A stretch of DNA of 64,000 nucleotides from Nitrospirota bacterium (GCA_029261155.1 JAJDBW010000038.1:7706-71705), one strand, 5' to 3'; counted from the first letter of the stretch, positions 27,951-37,252 are shown. The notes: a model not told the origin generated them from the sequence alone. Program-made: numbers and translations.

Positions 27951-29024
27951 TTAGAAGGCCTGCGATTTTTGCTCAAGATCGAGTAAGCGCTGTTTCCGCC
28001 AAAGCCCGCCGCCATAGCCGGTTAACTTCCCGTCTTTTCCGATAACGCGATGGCAGGGAATGACAATGGCGATACGGTTGTCGCCGTTCGCCTTGGCGAC
28101 GGCCCGCACGGCCTTGGGTTGGCCGATGGCGGCGGCCTGCGCTTGGTAGGAACGCGTTTCGCCGTAGGGGATGGTTTGTAAGGCCTGCCAGGCCTTCCGT
28201 TGAAAGGGCGTTCCCGGCAGCACAAGCGGGAGGTCGAATGCCTTTCGTTGTCCGGAGAAATATTCGGTTAATTGGATTTCGAGCGCAGCCCAATGGGGAT
28301 TTTTTCCGGGAATGAAGGCCGCCTTCAATCGCTTTTTTAAGATTTTGATTTGGGTCTCCAGCATCCGCCGGTCTGTAAACTCAAGGAGGCAGAGGCCCTC
28401 CGCGGTCGCGCCTGCCAGCATCGGTCCCAAGGGTGTGATAATGCGCGTCACAGAAACGAGGGGCTTGTCTTTGCTCTCGGAGGGCGAAAATCCGGTTGCA
28501 TTTTTGAAAGCTTCGGAGAACCCGCTTAAAGATTCGTAGCCACTCGCGAAGGCCGCGTCTGTGACCCTGTTGTTTTTCTTGATTTGAGTGAAGGCCCGGT
28601 TGATGCGCAAGGCGCGCAAGTAGGCCTGAAAGCTCATGCCGTGATGTTTTTGAAACCAGCGCCGAATGCGTGCCGGATCGATGCCACGGGACCGGAGCGT
28701 TGCCGCTTTTAATCGGAGATCGGGGGTGCCGTCGATTTCATCAAGCAAGGCTTTAAGCCAAGGCGGCGTTTGGCCCGGCAAGGTCATTGGCCGGCAAATC
28801 CGGCAGGCCCGATAGCCATGCGCAAGCGCGTCCTTCGTTGATGAAAAATATTCGACGTGTTCCGCCTTGGGTTTTTTCGCTGTGCAGGTCGGCCGGCAAA
28901 AAATGCCCGTGGTCTTCACGCCAAAAAAGAATAGGCCTTCGTAGGCGCTGTCTTTTTCACACAAGGCGGCATACAGGGTTTCATGACTGGGTTGTTCTGT
29001 GGCTAACATACGCTTTCTCCACAT
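27951..29024 (-). CDS. ada: bifunctional Ada: methylphosphotriester-DNA/AraC-type regulator plus O6-alkylguanine-DNA methyltransferase
   Basis: 357 aa with an N-terminal Cys4 Ada zinc cluster (CRPTCTAK...CRICRP), a central AraC HTH and a C-terminal PCHRV active site. Confidence 0.9.
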   Translation of the reverse strand: MWRKRMLATEQPSHETLYAALCEKDSAYEGLFFFGVKTTGIFCRPTCTAKKPKAEHVEYFSSTKDALAHGYRACRICRPMTLPGQTPPWLKALLDEIDGTPDLRLKAATLRSRGIDPARIRRWFQKHHGMSFQAYLRALRINRAFTQIKKNNRVTDAAFASGYESLSGFSEAFKNATGFSPSESKDKPLVSVTRIITPLGPMLAGATAEGLCLLEFTDRRMLETQIKILKKRLKAAFIPGKNPHWAALEIQLTEYFSGQRKAFDLPLVLPGTPFQRKAWQALQTIPYGETRSYQAQAAAIGQPKAVRAVAKANGDNRIAIVIPCHRVIGKDGKLTGYGGGLWRKQRLLDLEQKSQAF

Positions 29025-29234
29025 GTTGAGGAATAATCGTACACGAAATCGAAAATGCGGGCATCCGGAAAATCGACACGCAATTTTTTAATATTAAGGT
29101 AATGAAAATCGAAGTCATCTGCAACGACTTTTTCTTAAGCCCATCTCCACCCAACTTGACTCTGTCCGAATCAAGGCCTATAATGCGATTTCGTTTTTAC
29201 CATCCGCGATTCTTCCCCTTTTACGGATCTTTTT

Positions 29235-30350
29235 TTGAAAACCCCCAGTACGGCAACAACAAGGCGACAAAGTTCTGAAGCCATCATTTCCCTTCCAAGA
29301 CTGCAAAGCCACTATGATTATGCTGAAGCCCAGTTCGAAACACTGCTCGAAACAGAAGGCCTTGATCAGAAACTCGCCACGCACCGTCCGATCATCCAGG
29401 TTTTTGAACGCACCCTTAATCAGGCCCTCGCAACGGCATACACGGATACCTCTTCTTCAGAAGCGGCACAGCGATTTTTGCATCGCATTCTCTACCGAAT
29501 CAATCGCCTCAAGCTTTTCTGGTACGACGAACTAAAACACTATGAAAATGAGCGCTCGAACTACCTTCGAGGTGTCCGCGAACAAATCGAGGCGGCCTGG
29601 CAGACATGGGAAATGAACTTTTTTGACATGCCCGCACTGAAAGCGATCGACGTCGGAGAAAGCTTAGCGGAGAATGCAAAGAAGGATTTGAACCCGGAAC
29701 CCTCTGATGCCGGTCTGTTTTTTCGTGACCATGCCGGGCGGGCGGGCTACCGGCGGCTATTGGAGATTTCCGCGCTCGATGGCCTGGTAGAGGCCAGTCA
29801 GCTGTCGCGAATGTTAGGGGGCGTCGGGAACAAGATTCATTCCAAGCTAACCAAGTTATTTTTAGAGGAATACGGCGGCGGGCGTCTTTCTAGAAAGCAT
29901 TCTACTTTTTTTGCGGCCATGTTAAATCATTTCGGCATGCAAACAAAACCGGAGGCCTACTTGGATGCGGTCCCATGGGAGGTTCTCGCGGGTATCAATC
30001 ACAGTTTTTTGTTGTCGGAACGAAAACGTTTTTTTCTCCGCTACATCGGTGGCCTGCTCTATACGGAAATCTCGGTTCCTTCTGCTTTTCGGAATTATTT
30101 GGCCGCTGCGACGAGACTCGATTTACCCCAAGCGGCCATGGGCTATTGGGACCTCCACATCAAAGAAGATGTCCGCCACGGCCAATGGATGCTTCACGAT
30201 GTCGCGCTGCCTCTGGCGAAGCGCTATCCCGACGATGCCTGGGAGCTGGTCTTGGGATACCATCAACAACGATTAATCAGCCGCCGCGCAGGAGAAGCCA
30301 TTGCGCGGTCTGCCCACAAGGCCGATGCCGATAATCTGGAAACGGCTTAA
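29235..30350 (+). CDS. haem-oxygenase-like di-iron (iron-containing redox enzyme family) protein
   Basis: LFLEEYGGGRLSRKHSTFF (EExGxG...H) and HIKEDVRHGQW (H..ED..H) ligand-like motifs on a helical protein. The start is uncertain: the track uses a non-ATG start and there is no early in-frame ATG. Confidence 0.6.
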   Translation: MKTPSTATTRRQSSEAIISLPRLQSHYDYAEAQFETLLETEGLDQKLATHRPIIQVFERTLNQALATAYTDTSSSEAAQRFLHRILYRINRLKLFWYDELKHYENERSNYLRGVREQIEAAWQTWEMNFFDMPALKAIDVGESLAENAKKDLNPEPSDAGLFFRDHAGRAGYRRLLEISALDGLVEASQLSRMLGGVGNKIHSKLTKLFLEEYGGGRLSRKHSTFFAAMLNHFGMQTKPEAYLDAVPWEVLAGINHSFLLSERKRFFLRYIGGLLYTEISVPSAFRNYLAAATRLDLPQAAMGYWDLHIKEDVRHGQWMLHDVALPLAKRYPDDAWELVLGYHQQRLISRRAGEAIARSAHKADADNLETA

Positions 30351-30405
30351 GGATCCATTCCCAAATTAAGATGCACGATTCGCACGCGCATTCATAGGAA
30401 ACATA

Positions 30406-31107
30406 ATGAACGAATACACGGACATGACCGAATACTATGACGCCTTAATGACCTCGGGTTATTATGAATATGACACCATTGCAAAATCCTTGATCGCTAT
30501 TCTGCAGGGCCGAAAAAAAATCCTCGAGCTTGGCGTCGGCACCGGCCTTGTCGCCGAGAAACTGCTTCACCACAATCCAGATTTCCAATTGACGGGAATC
30601 GACTTTACCGCGGCGATGCTGGTGAAGGCGAAAGAACGCCTGGGTCATAAGGCCCGGCTTTACGAGCAGGATGTAACGACCCTGGCTTTGGCGGATCGTT
30701 TCGACGCCGCCTTTGGAAACGGCGGTGTTTGGGGCTTTGTGAACACCGGAGAAGCCTATGTGCTGGTCAGCCATTTAACCGATCGGCAAGACAATATAAA
30801 GGGGCTCCGGCGTGTCGCGGACCATTTGAACGAAAAAGGCCTCTTTATTATGAGCGTCCAGGGTGTCCATCAAAATTTTGAAAGACAACTTCCGAACAAC
30901 ATCCTCTACTCGCAGGAAATTTCAGAAGCAGGGGATTACATCGAAAAGGATTATATTTTTAAAAAAGAGGGAAAGGTGGTCGCCAAACACCGGAACCGCT
31001 TTAGGCTTTTTCGAGGACAGGCCATTCAGGATCTCATGAAGGAAGGGGGATTCGAATTTCAATACATCGATGCCGATGACCGTTTTCAGGTCTATCAAAA
31101 AAAATAG
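30406..31107 (+). CDS. class I SAM-dependent methyltransferase
   Basis: 233 aa with motif I ILELGVGTG and an acidic post-I residue (GIDFT). Confidence 0.8.
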   Translation: MNEYTDMTEYYDALMTSGYYEYDTIAKSLIAILQGRKKILELGVGTGLVAEKLLHHNPDFQLTGIDFTAAMLVKAKERLGHKARLYEQDVTTLALADRFDAAFGNGGVWGFVNTGEAYVLVSHLTDRQDNIKGLRRVADHLNEKGLFIMSVQGVHQNFERQLPNNILYSQEISEAGDYIEKDYIFKKEGKVVAKHRNRFRLFRGQAIQDLMKEGGFEFQYIDADDRFQVYQKK

Positions 31108-31126
31108 TCACTTAATCAGAGCGTCC

Positions 31127-31726
31127 TTAATACCACCACAAACCCGTTTCACCGATAAGGCGCGCAATTTCCGAATACCCGGTTGCACTCGGGTGATACC
31201 CATCTCCCTTTGCAAGATCTTCAAGATAGGTCGGACTTTTCATAAGAGGCGCATAAATATCGATATATCGCAGCCCGATTTTCCGACAGGCCTCGTTTAG
31301 TTTTATCGATAGTTTCCGAATGCGGAGCGATGTCGCTTCCTCCAGTACCGGTGGCGGTCCGACCATCATCACTTCATAGTATCTTCCTGCTTCCTTCAAT
31401 ATTGAAGTCGTATTCGCAATGGATTCGGAGGTCGATACCGCTAGCTTGCCGTCTACCAAAGAGATATCGTTTATGCCAAGAGAGAGCACCAAGCGGCAAT
31501 CCTCGTTCTTAGGCAATCTCCTTGTGACTTCTAATTCCCATCTCGATCGTATCGCTGCACTTGTATCGCCACGAAGGCCAAGATTGTAATAGGTGATCGT
31601 ATTCCCTTTATGCATGGCCGCTTCACAAAGCCTTCCACACCACCCTAGCATTGTCTCGTCACATGCGCCATTCACTAAGGAATCACCTATAAATACGATT
31701 CTGGTTCCGTTATTGACTGGCTTCAA
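31127..31726 (-). CDS. SGNH/GDSL hydrolase
   Basis: 199 aa with block I VFIGDSLVNG and block V GDGYHPS. Confidence 0.8.
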   Translation of the reverse strand: MKPVNNGTRIVFIGDSLVNGACDETMLGWCGRLCEAAMHKGNTITYYNLGLRGDTSAAIRSRWELEVTRRLPKNEDCRLVLSLGINDISLVDGKLAVSTSESIANTTSILKEAGRYYEVMMVGPPPVLEEATSLRIRKLSIKLNEACRKIGLRYIDIYAPLMKSPTYLEDLAKGDGYHPSATGYSEIARLIGETGLWWY

Positions 31727-31845
31727 TTTTTTTCTGCCTGTTTCCTGCTGAGATCAATCTGAAGTCACTGGATTTCATTTTACCCGATATTTGGAGCAAG
31801 ATCGTGCGGCGCAGGGCTGTTCGCGTTGCAGATGTGTTGGTCGAA

Positions 31846-32061
31846 CTAGAGCCGGTCCTTCGGCGCGCCCGCATCACATTTCATGCAGGAAAGTGGATGT
31901 CCAATCATCGACTGTCGTCCCTCTTCTTCAACAACCCAGGGGCGATTAAACCAGGGCGGCTTGTGCCGCACATGCTGAAAATGGCCGCAGGCCAGTTCCG
32001 CCACCCAATGGCGCTCTTCATCTTTGTGATATCCGGTAATGCCTTGGTCCATGCGTATCAC
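31846..32061 (-). CDS. DUF3565-family small protein (Cys/His-rich)
   Basis: 71 aa. GYHKDEERHWVAELACGHFQHVRHKPPW...RPWV matches my recollection of DUF3565. Also has a C-terminal CMKC. Confidence 0.6.
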   Translation of the reverse strand: MIRMDQGITGYHKDEERHWVAELACGHFQHVRHKPPWFNRPWVVEEEGRQSMIGHPLSCMKCDAGAPKDRL

Positions 32062-32067
32062 GTCAAT

Positions 32068-32352
32068 CTAAGGCGTCGCCTTCTGTGTGCCGAATCGCCG
32101 TGCCGATCTGGCGCGTGCTTTTTCTATTTCCCTTTCCCGATCTTTGGGTAAGGCCGATGTGCTTAAGGCCTTGAGCAGTTCGGCTAGGGATGCCGTAATG
32201 TTATCGACGGCCAGTTCGAATGCCGCTGCATTCACTTTAGAAGGTTTAGCCGCACCGCTCACTTTCCGCACAAACTGAAGCGAAGCGGCCCGAATTTCCG
32301 CCCCGGTCGCAGGCGGTATGAAATTGAAAAGCGTTTTGATGTTTCGACACAT
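32068..32352 (-). CDS. DUF2277-family protein
   Basis: 94 aa. The N-terminus MCRNIKTLFNFIPPATGAEIRAASLQFVRKVSG matches the DUF2277 pattern as I recall it. Confidence 0.6.
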   Translation of the reverse strand: MCRNIKTLFNFIPPATGAEIRAASLQFVRKVSGAAKPSKVNAAAFELAVDNITASLAELLKALSTSALPKDREREIEKARARSARRFGTQKATP

Positions 32353-32584
32353 GTCGGCCTCCGATCTTCTTTATAACATATTGCTGTCTATCGTTTTGAG
32401 CTAAGTTGTGCCAAATTCTGCTCGATAGTAAAGTGACGTTGGGGCAGCAATGAGTAGACCAAAGTCGCGTCAGTTGCGGGTATTGTTTGGCGGCGATAAT
32501 TTGTGCATTTGATACTAGACCGGCTATTGAAGCGGTCAAAAAAGGATTGATTCATAATAGCAGAATCTGAGCTTTTGTTACTTG

Positions 32585-33319
32585 TTATGATTCTATTATT
32601 TGCTCTATTACGGTCTTCTTTTTGGCGATCAGTTTTCGAATATACGAGCGTAATTCACTTTTATTGTTAAGAATAGGATTATTTATATAGAGTTCAATAT
32701 AAGAACCTGAATGATCATATAGGGCTTCTAAATCAGACAGATGTATGATTAATTCCCGACTCTTTGGGGTTTTTCTTTCCTCCTGTAAACGTTTCTCGAT
32801 GATGTTTTGTACTTTAAAATAGTCTGCCTCAGTAGACGCATTATTTATACGTGTGTAGATTCTGTTTCTTTTGATATTCGACCCCTCAGCTAAAGAGAGA
32901 TAAGGTATAGAAGAAGGATCGAAAGGCACGAACAATACTTGAAAATATTTCCCTTTTAATTTTTGATATTCTGAATCAGTGTATTTAAAGTCGTGAATTT
33001 CGTACTGGAGGGTAGGAGGAAGATATTTTTTTATCGAATCTTTAATGTTTGTTTTGTCTTCTATGGTTTTAAGGCCAATAGGGTCTAAAGTTCCGCTTTC
33101 TTCCTCCGCTACTCCTATAATGAGACAGCTGTTTTCAGTATTTGCAAATGCTAAAATATCTTTTGCGAGTTCTGATTTTTCTGGCCAGATCTCTTTGAAG
33201 TCAAGATAATCATATTCGCCTGTTTGATTACGCAAGAGTTCACGGAGCATAGGGCGACTTGGAGACTCAAAAAATTGAGCAAAATCTTCCGATAAATTTA
33301 ATTTTACTTTCTTAGTCAT
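32585..33319 (-). CDS. AlbA_2 / Schlafen-like (divergent AAA_4) domain protein
   Basis: 244 aa. LDFKEIWP...LAKDILAFANTENSCLIIGVAEE fits the AlbA_2 core. Strongly AT-rich gene (line 32641-32700 is 14/60 G+C). Confidence 0.6.
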   Translation of the reverse strand: MTKKVKLNLSEDFAQFFESPSRPMLRELLRNQTGEYDYLDFKEIWPEKSELAKDILAFANTENSCLIIGVAEEESGTLDPIGLKTIEDKTNIKDSIKKYLPPTLQYEIHDFKYTDSEYQKLKGKYFQVLFVPFDPSSIPYLSLAEGSNIKRNRIYTRINNASTEADYFKVQNIIEKRLQEERKTPKSRELIIHLSDLEALYDHSGSYIELYINNPILNNKSELRSYIRKLIAKKKTVIEQIIES

Positions 33320-33430
33320 AATTTATGGTCATAGATCACACATAAATTTTGGGTAGATCCTACAATAACAGTCTTTTTTCATCTCAACACATTTTCCAGC
33401 ACATAAGGATTTTAACCCCAACTTCCAATA

Positions 33431-33841
33431 TTAAGTCGCACTCAATAAAAACCCTGAAATCGAAATCGCGATCTTAGGAAAAGCTTTGATCACCTGCTTA
33501 TCCTGAGTCACAAGCCGGGTGTGGAGTTGATCCGCGAGTGCCACGAATTCGCAATCATATGCGGAGCATGGGCTTGTTTTGATAAAAGGGAATAACTGCG
33601 AGGACGGGATATCAAATTCACTTTCTTTCATCAGTAGCTCCGCCGCTTCTTGAATTTGAATCGCTTGCTCCAATGACACAAGCTTTTTCCTCATATACAA
33701 GGCGAGCACATTTCGGAATTCACTTTTCCACAGCAAAGGCGAGGCCCATGCCGGTTCGTGTTTGTAAAGCTCGCTGGCCTTATTGGAATACGTGGTCGGA
33801 AGATAGAAGGCGGCAATAACATTGGTGTCAACCACAATCAT
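33431..33841 (-). CDS. vapC: PIN-domain toxin VapC
   Basis: 136 aa with N-terminal MIVVDTNV, later acidic residues, and a 4-nt overlap with the upstream antitoxin gene. Confidence 0.85.
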   Translation of the reverse strand: MIVVDTNVIAAFYLPTTYSNKASELYKHEPAWASPLLWKSEFRNVLALYMRKKLVSLEQAIQIQEAAELLMKESEFDIPSSQLFPFIKTSPCSAYDCEFVALADQLHTRLVTQDKQVIKAFPKIAISISGFLLSAT

Positions 33842-34080
33842 GGACGGCCAGCGTTAATCGCTTGTTCGATTTCTTTTTGCGTCACCCGGTTTGGCTTGAT
33901 TTGAGCGCGCAAAAGTTCCGCCTGTTTCAGGCGTTCGCTGGAGGTCATCTTCTTGGACATTAAGGTTTTTTCAAGACAAACAATGACCTCGCTGTTAATG
34001 CTTCTTCGGTGCATTTCGGCTGTATTCTTTAATTCATTGTATAGATCGTCCGGAATGTTTTTTATCGTCAAGGCGGGCAT
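33838..34080 (-). CDS. vapB: Arc/MetJ (RHH)-type antitoxin VapB/FitA-like
   Basis: MPALTIKNIPDDLYNELKNTAEMHRRSINSEVI is a ribbon-helix-helix pattern. I chose the start at ATG 34080 (GGAG 9 nt upstream); the track start is 34095. Confidence 0.8.
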   Translation of the reverse strand: MPALTIKNIPDDLYNELKNTAEMHRRSINSEVIVCLEKTLMSKKMTSSERLKQAELLRAQIKPNRVTQKEIEQAINAGRP

Positions 34081-34108
34081 ATCAAGGGTCTCCATAATAA
34101 GATACTAG

Positions 34109-34130
34109 TTCCATTATGGTTCCATTATGG
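34109..34130. promoter_or_regulatory. tandem 11-bp direct repeat (TTCCATTATGG x2), candidate VapB operator
   Basis: Two perfect adjacent copies, each containing the CCAT-T-ATGG palindrome, lie 29-50 nt upstream of the vapB start. A related CCATAATAA is at 34092-34100. Confidence 0.55.
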
Positions 34131-34150
34131 AATAATGTCAAGCTGGCAGC

Positions 34151-35542
34151 TTACAAGCTCTCCGATTTAAACACCAGCAGTTTCTCTAAAGTCATATCCC
34201 GCATCGTATAGCCGATGCCGCCAACGCCGAGGCCGGATTTTTTTGTGCCGCCGAAGGGCATCCAATCGACGCGGAAGGCGGTGTGGTCGTTGATCATCAC
34301 GGCGAGGGCGTTAAGTTGTTTCGCGGCCTTCAGTGCCGTGTCGATGTCTTTTGTAAAGATGGATGATTGGAAGAAGACCTCGGGGGCGTTGGCGCGTTTA
34401 ATCGCCTCGTTCAAATCATCGTAACGATAAAGACAAACCACCGGACCGAAAATTTCCTCTTGCGAGACCTTGGCGTCCTCAGGCGGATCGACCAAGACCG
34501 TCGGCTGATAACAGGTCTTCGATATCTTTTCCCCGCCTATGGTCATAGTCGCGCCCGCCTTCACGGCCTCTTCCACCCAAGTGTGTACGCGCTCGACCTC
34601 GCGCGGCAGAATGAGCGGGCCCGCTTCCGTACTATCTTCCATCTGATCGCCGGTCTTCATTTTTTTTACTTTTTCGGTGAAGCGGTCGATAAAGTCGTCG
34701 GCGATGGATCGCTCTACATAAACCCGCTGGACCGACACGCAAACTTGTCCCGCATGATAATAGCCGCCCTTCACCAGCAGCGGTAGGCTCTTTTTAATGT
34801 CGGCAGTTTTGTCGAAGATCACCGGCGCCAGGCCGCCGTGTTCCAAGGCGCAGGTTGCACCGGGGGCCAACTGCGAGCGCAGCCGCCAGCCGACTTTTTC
34901 GGAACCGATAAAAGTGAGAAAGCGCACACGGGGATCGGAGATGAGTTTGCTAGTGACCTCGTTCGAGCAGAAGACGAATTGGCACCAGGGTTCGGGTAGA
35001 CCGGCCTCGTATAATAGATTCACAATGCTGCGTGCGGAAAGCGGCGTGGTGAGCGCTGGCTTAACCAAAACTGGACAGCCGGTGGCGATGGCGGGAATGG
35101 CCTGATGAATAATAAGATTGAAGGGATGGTTGAAGGCGCTGACGGCCAAGACGACGCCCCGTGGCTGGCGAATGGTAAAAGCCATACGCTGCGTCGAGGT
35201 GGGCGTGATGCCCATGGTGATTTCTTCGCCCTTCAATTGGCAGAGTTCCCGAATGGCGATTTTGATGCCATCGATGGCCCGCGCAATTTCGACGCGTGAA
35301 TCGACGATGGGTTTGCCGCCTTCCCGCGCGGCCTCTTGGGCATAGCGCTCCGCATCGGCCTGTATTTTTTCGGCTAAGCGTTCGAGGATTTGAATCCGCT
35401 CATACTTGGGAAGTTGTTTGGCGGGGTCTTGAAACATGCGATGGGCGCGATCCAGCTTATCGAGGACGTCCTGCTCTTCCTCGAAGGGGAGTTCCTCGAT
35501 CAGCGAATCGTCAAAAGGATTTAAGATCTTCAGTTTTTCCAT
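34151..35542 (-). CDS. NAD(P)+-dependent aldehyde dehydrogenase
   Basis: 463 aa with ALEHGGLAP (ELGG-equivalent), the catalytic-Cys region HAGQVCVSVQRVYV, and EEIFGPV. Confidence 0.9.
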   Translation of the reverse strand: MEKLKILNPFDDSLIEELPFEEEQDVLDKLDRAHRMFQDPAKQLPKYERIQILERLAEKIQADAERYAQEAAREGGKPIVDSRVEIARAIDGIKIAIRELCQLKGEEITMGITPTSTQRMAFTIRQPRGVVLAVSAFNHPFNLIIHQAIPAIATGCPVLVKPALTTPLSARSIVNLLYEAGLPEPWCQFVFCSNEVTSKLISDPRVRFLTFIGSEKVGWRLRSQLAPGATCALEHGGLAPVIFDKTADIKKSLPLLVKGGYYHAGQVCVSVQRVYVERSIADDFIDRFTEKVKKMKTGDQMEDSTEAGPLILPREVERVHTWVEEAVKAGATMTIGGEKISKTCYQPTVLVDPPEDAKVSQEEIFGPVVCLYRYDDLNEAIKRANAPEVFFQSSIFTKDIDTALKAAKQLNALAVMINDHTAFRVDWMPFGGTKKSGLGVGGIGYTMRDMTLEKLLVFKSESL

Positions 35543-35565
35543 GATGGTCTCCGTTATTTTTTACG

Positions 35566-35589
35566 TAGGGGCGGGTTTCAAACCCGCCC
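35566..35589. repeat. TAGGGGC-GGGTTTCAAACCCGCCC hairpin (REP-like / terminator-like)
   Basis: Stem 35569-35576 / 35582-35589 with loop TTCAA, between the ALS-like stop (35609) and the ALDH start (35542). It shares the TAGGGGC lead-in with the hairpin at 13081. Confidence 0.5.
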
Positions 35590-35608
35590 AGAATTTACAC
35601 AATCGTCA

Positions 35609-37252
35609 TTAAAGCAGACAGGTTTTCTCTTTTAATTCTTTTAAAAAGACGCGTTCGTTTTCGGAGTAATCGATGGGCAGTTCAATTAAATGCACGGCGG
35701 GCTGCTTTAGGCATTCGCCGAGTTTGGATTGTAGTTCGCCGTTTTTTTCGATGCGGTGGCCTTGCGCGCCGTAGCTTTCGGCATACTTCACGAAGTCGGG
35801 GTTGCCGAAGTCGAGGCCGAAATCGGCGAAACCGCTGCTGCCCTGTTTCCATTTAATCATGCGGTAGGCATCGTCCCGGATGACGATGACGACAAGGTGC
35901 AGCTTAAGCCGTACGGCAGTTTCCATCTCCTGCGAATTCATCATAAAGCCCCCGTCGCCGCAGATGGCAATGACTTGTTGTTCGGGGTGGACGAGCTTGG
36001 CGGCGATGGCCACCGGCAGACCCGCACCCATGGTCGCGAGGGCGTTGTCCAAGAGTACCGTGTTGGGGTGATAGGCCTTGTAGTTGCGCGCAAACCAGAT
36101 TTTATACATGCCGTTGTCGAAGGCCAGGATGGCGTCGTTCTCCACGGTCGCGCGGATTTCACTGACAATGCGTTGCGGGGTATTGGGGAAGGTGTCGGGC
36201 TGAACGGTATCGTAAATATTTTCCTCAATTTCGGTTTTGATTCGGCTGTAATAATCACTTTCCCAGTTCGACGATTTATTGATCTTATCCGTGATTTTTT
36301 GGATATTGGTCCGTAGGCAGCCGATGACCTCGTGTTGGGGAAAATAGATGTCGTCCATTTGTGCGGGATAAAAACTGATGTGGATGACTTTTAATCGCTC
36401 TTTCTCATCCATGAAAAAGGGGGGTTTTTCGGTGACATCGTGCCCAATGTTGATGATGAGATCGGCGCGCTGCGTAGCGCAATGCAAATAATCGCCGTCC
36501 GAAATGGCGGCCGTGCCTAGAAATTGGTGATGCCGTTCGTCCACCACGCCTTTGCCCATTTGTGTGTTACAAAAATAGATGCCTGTTTTGTCCAGAAAAG
36601 CGTGCAGTTCTTTTCCGATGTTGTTGCGGTTGGCGCCGGAGGCAACAAGGACAAGCGGTCGGCGGGCATTCTCAATCATCTCGACGGCGGCCTCAATGGA
36701 CTGCCAGGCCGCGCGGGGCGGATCGACTTCCGTAACGCGAAAGGGGATGCGGTCCGTGCTTTCGGAGGCGATATCTTCCGGGAGTTCCAAGTGGACCGCG
36801 CCCGGTTTTTCGGCCTCGGCGATGCGGAAGGATTCCCGGATTAAATGCGGAATATTATTCGCGTCGACGATTTGCTTGGAGAACTTGGTGATGGGCTTCA
36901 TCATCTGAACCACGTCGATTATTTGAAATCGCCCTTGCTTACTTTTTTTAATCGGTTTTTGCCCGGTAATAAAGAGGGCCGGCATGCCGCCCAAGAGTGC
37001 GTAGGACACGCTGGTGACGAAGTTGGTTGCACCCGGCCCCAAGGTGGCGAGGCAAACGCCGGTTTTATGCGTGAGCCGGCCGTAGGTTGCGGCCATAAAA
37101 CCGGCGGCTTGTTCGTGCCGGGTGAGGATAAGCCGGATGGATGAGTTTCTAAGGGATTCCAGGAGGTCGAGGTTTTCTTCGCCGGGCAAACCAAAGATAT
37201 ATTCGACGCCTTCGTTTTCGAGACACTTAACAAACAGATCGCTCGCTTTCAT
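35609..37252 (-). CDS. thiamine-diphosphate enzyme, acetolactate synthase (catabolic AlsS-like) family
   Basis: 547 aa with an N-terminal Pyr domain (IFGLPGEENL), the TPP motif ICGDGGFMMNSQEMETAVR, and no small regulatory subunit adjacent. Confidence 0.85.
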   Translation of the reverse strand: MKASDLFVKCLENEGVEYIFGLPGEENLDLLESLRNSSIRLILTRHEQAAGFMAATYGRLTHKTGVCLATLGPGATNFVTSVSYALLGGMPALFITGQKPIKKSKQGRFQIIDVVQMMKPITKFSKQIVDANNIPHLIRESFRIAEAEKPGAVHLELPEDIASESTDRIPFRVTEVDPPRAAWQSIEAAVEMIENARRPLVLVASGANRNNIGKELHAFLDKTGIYFCNTQMGKGVVDERHHQFLGTAAISDGDYLHCATQRADLIINIGHDVTEKPPFFMDEKERLKVIHISFYPAQMDDIYFPQHEVIGCLRTNIQKITDKINKSSNWESDYYSRIKTEIEENIYDTVQPDTFPNTPQRIVSEIRATVENDAILAFDNGMYKIWFARNYKAYHPNTVLLDNALATMGAGLPVAIAAKLVHPEQQVIAICGDGGFMMNSQEMETAVRLKLHLVVIVIRDDAYRMIKWKQGSSGFADFGLDFGNPDFVKYAESYGAQGHRIEKNGELQSKLGECLKQPAVHLIELPIDYSENERVFLKELKEKTCLL

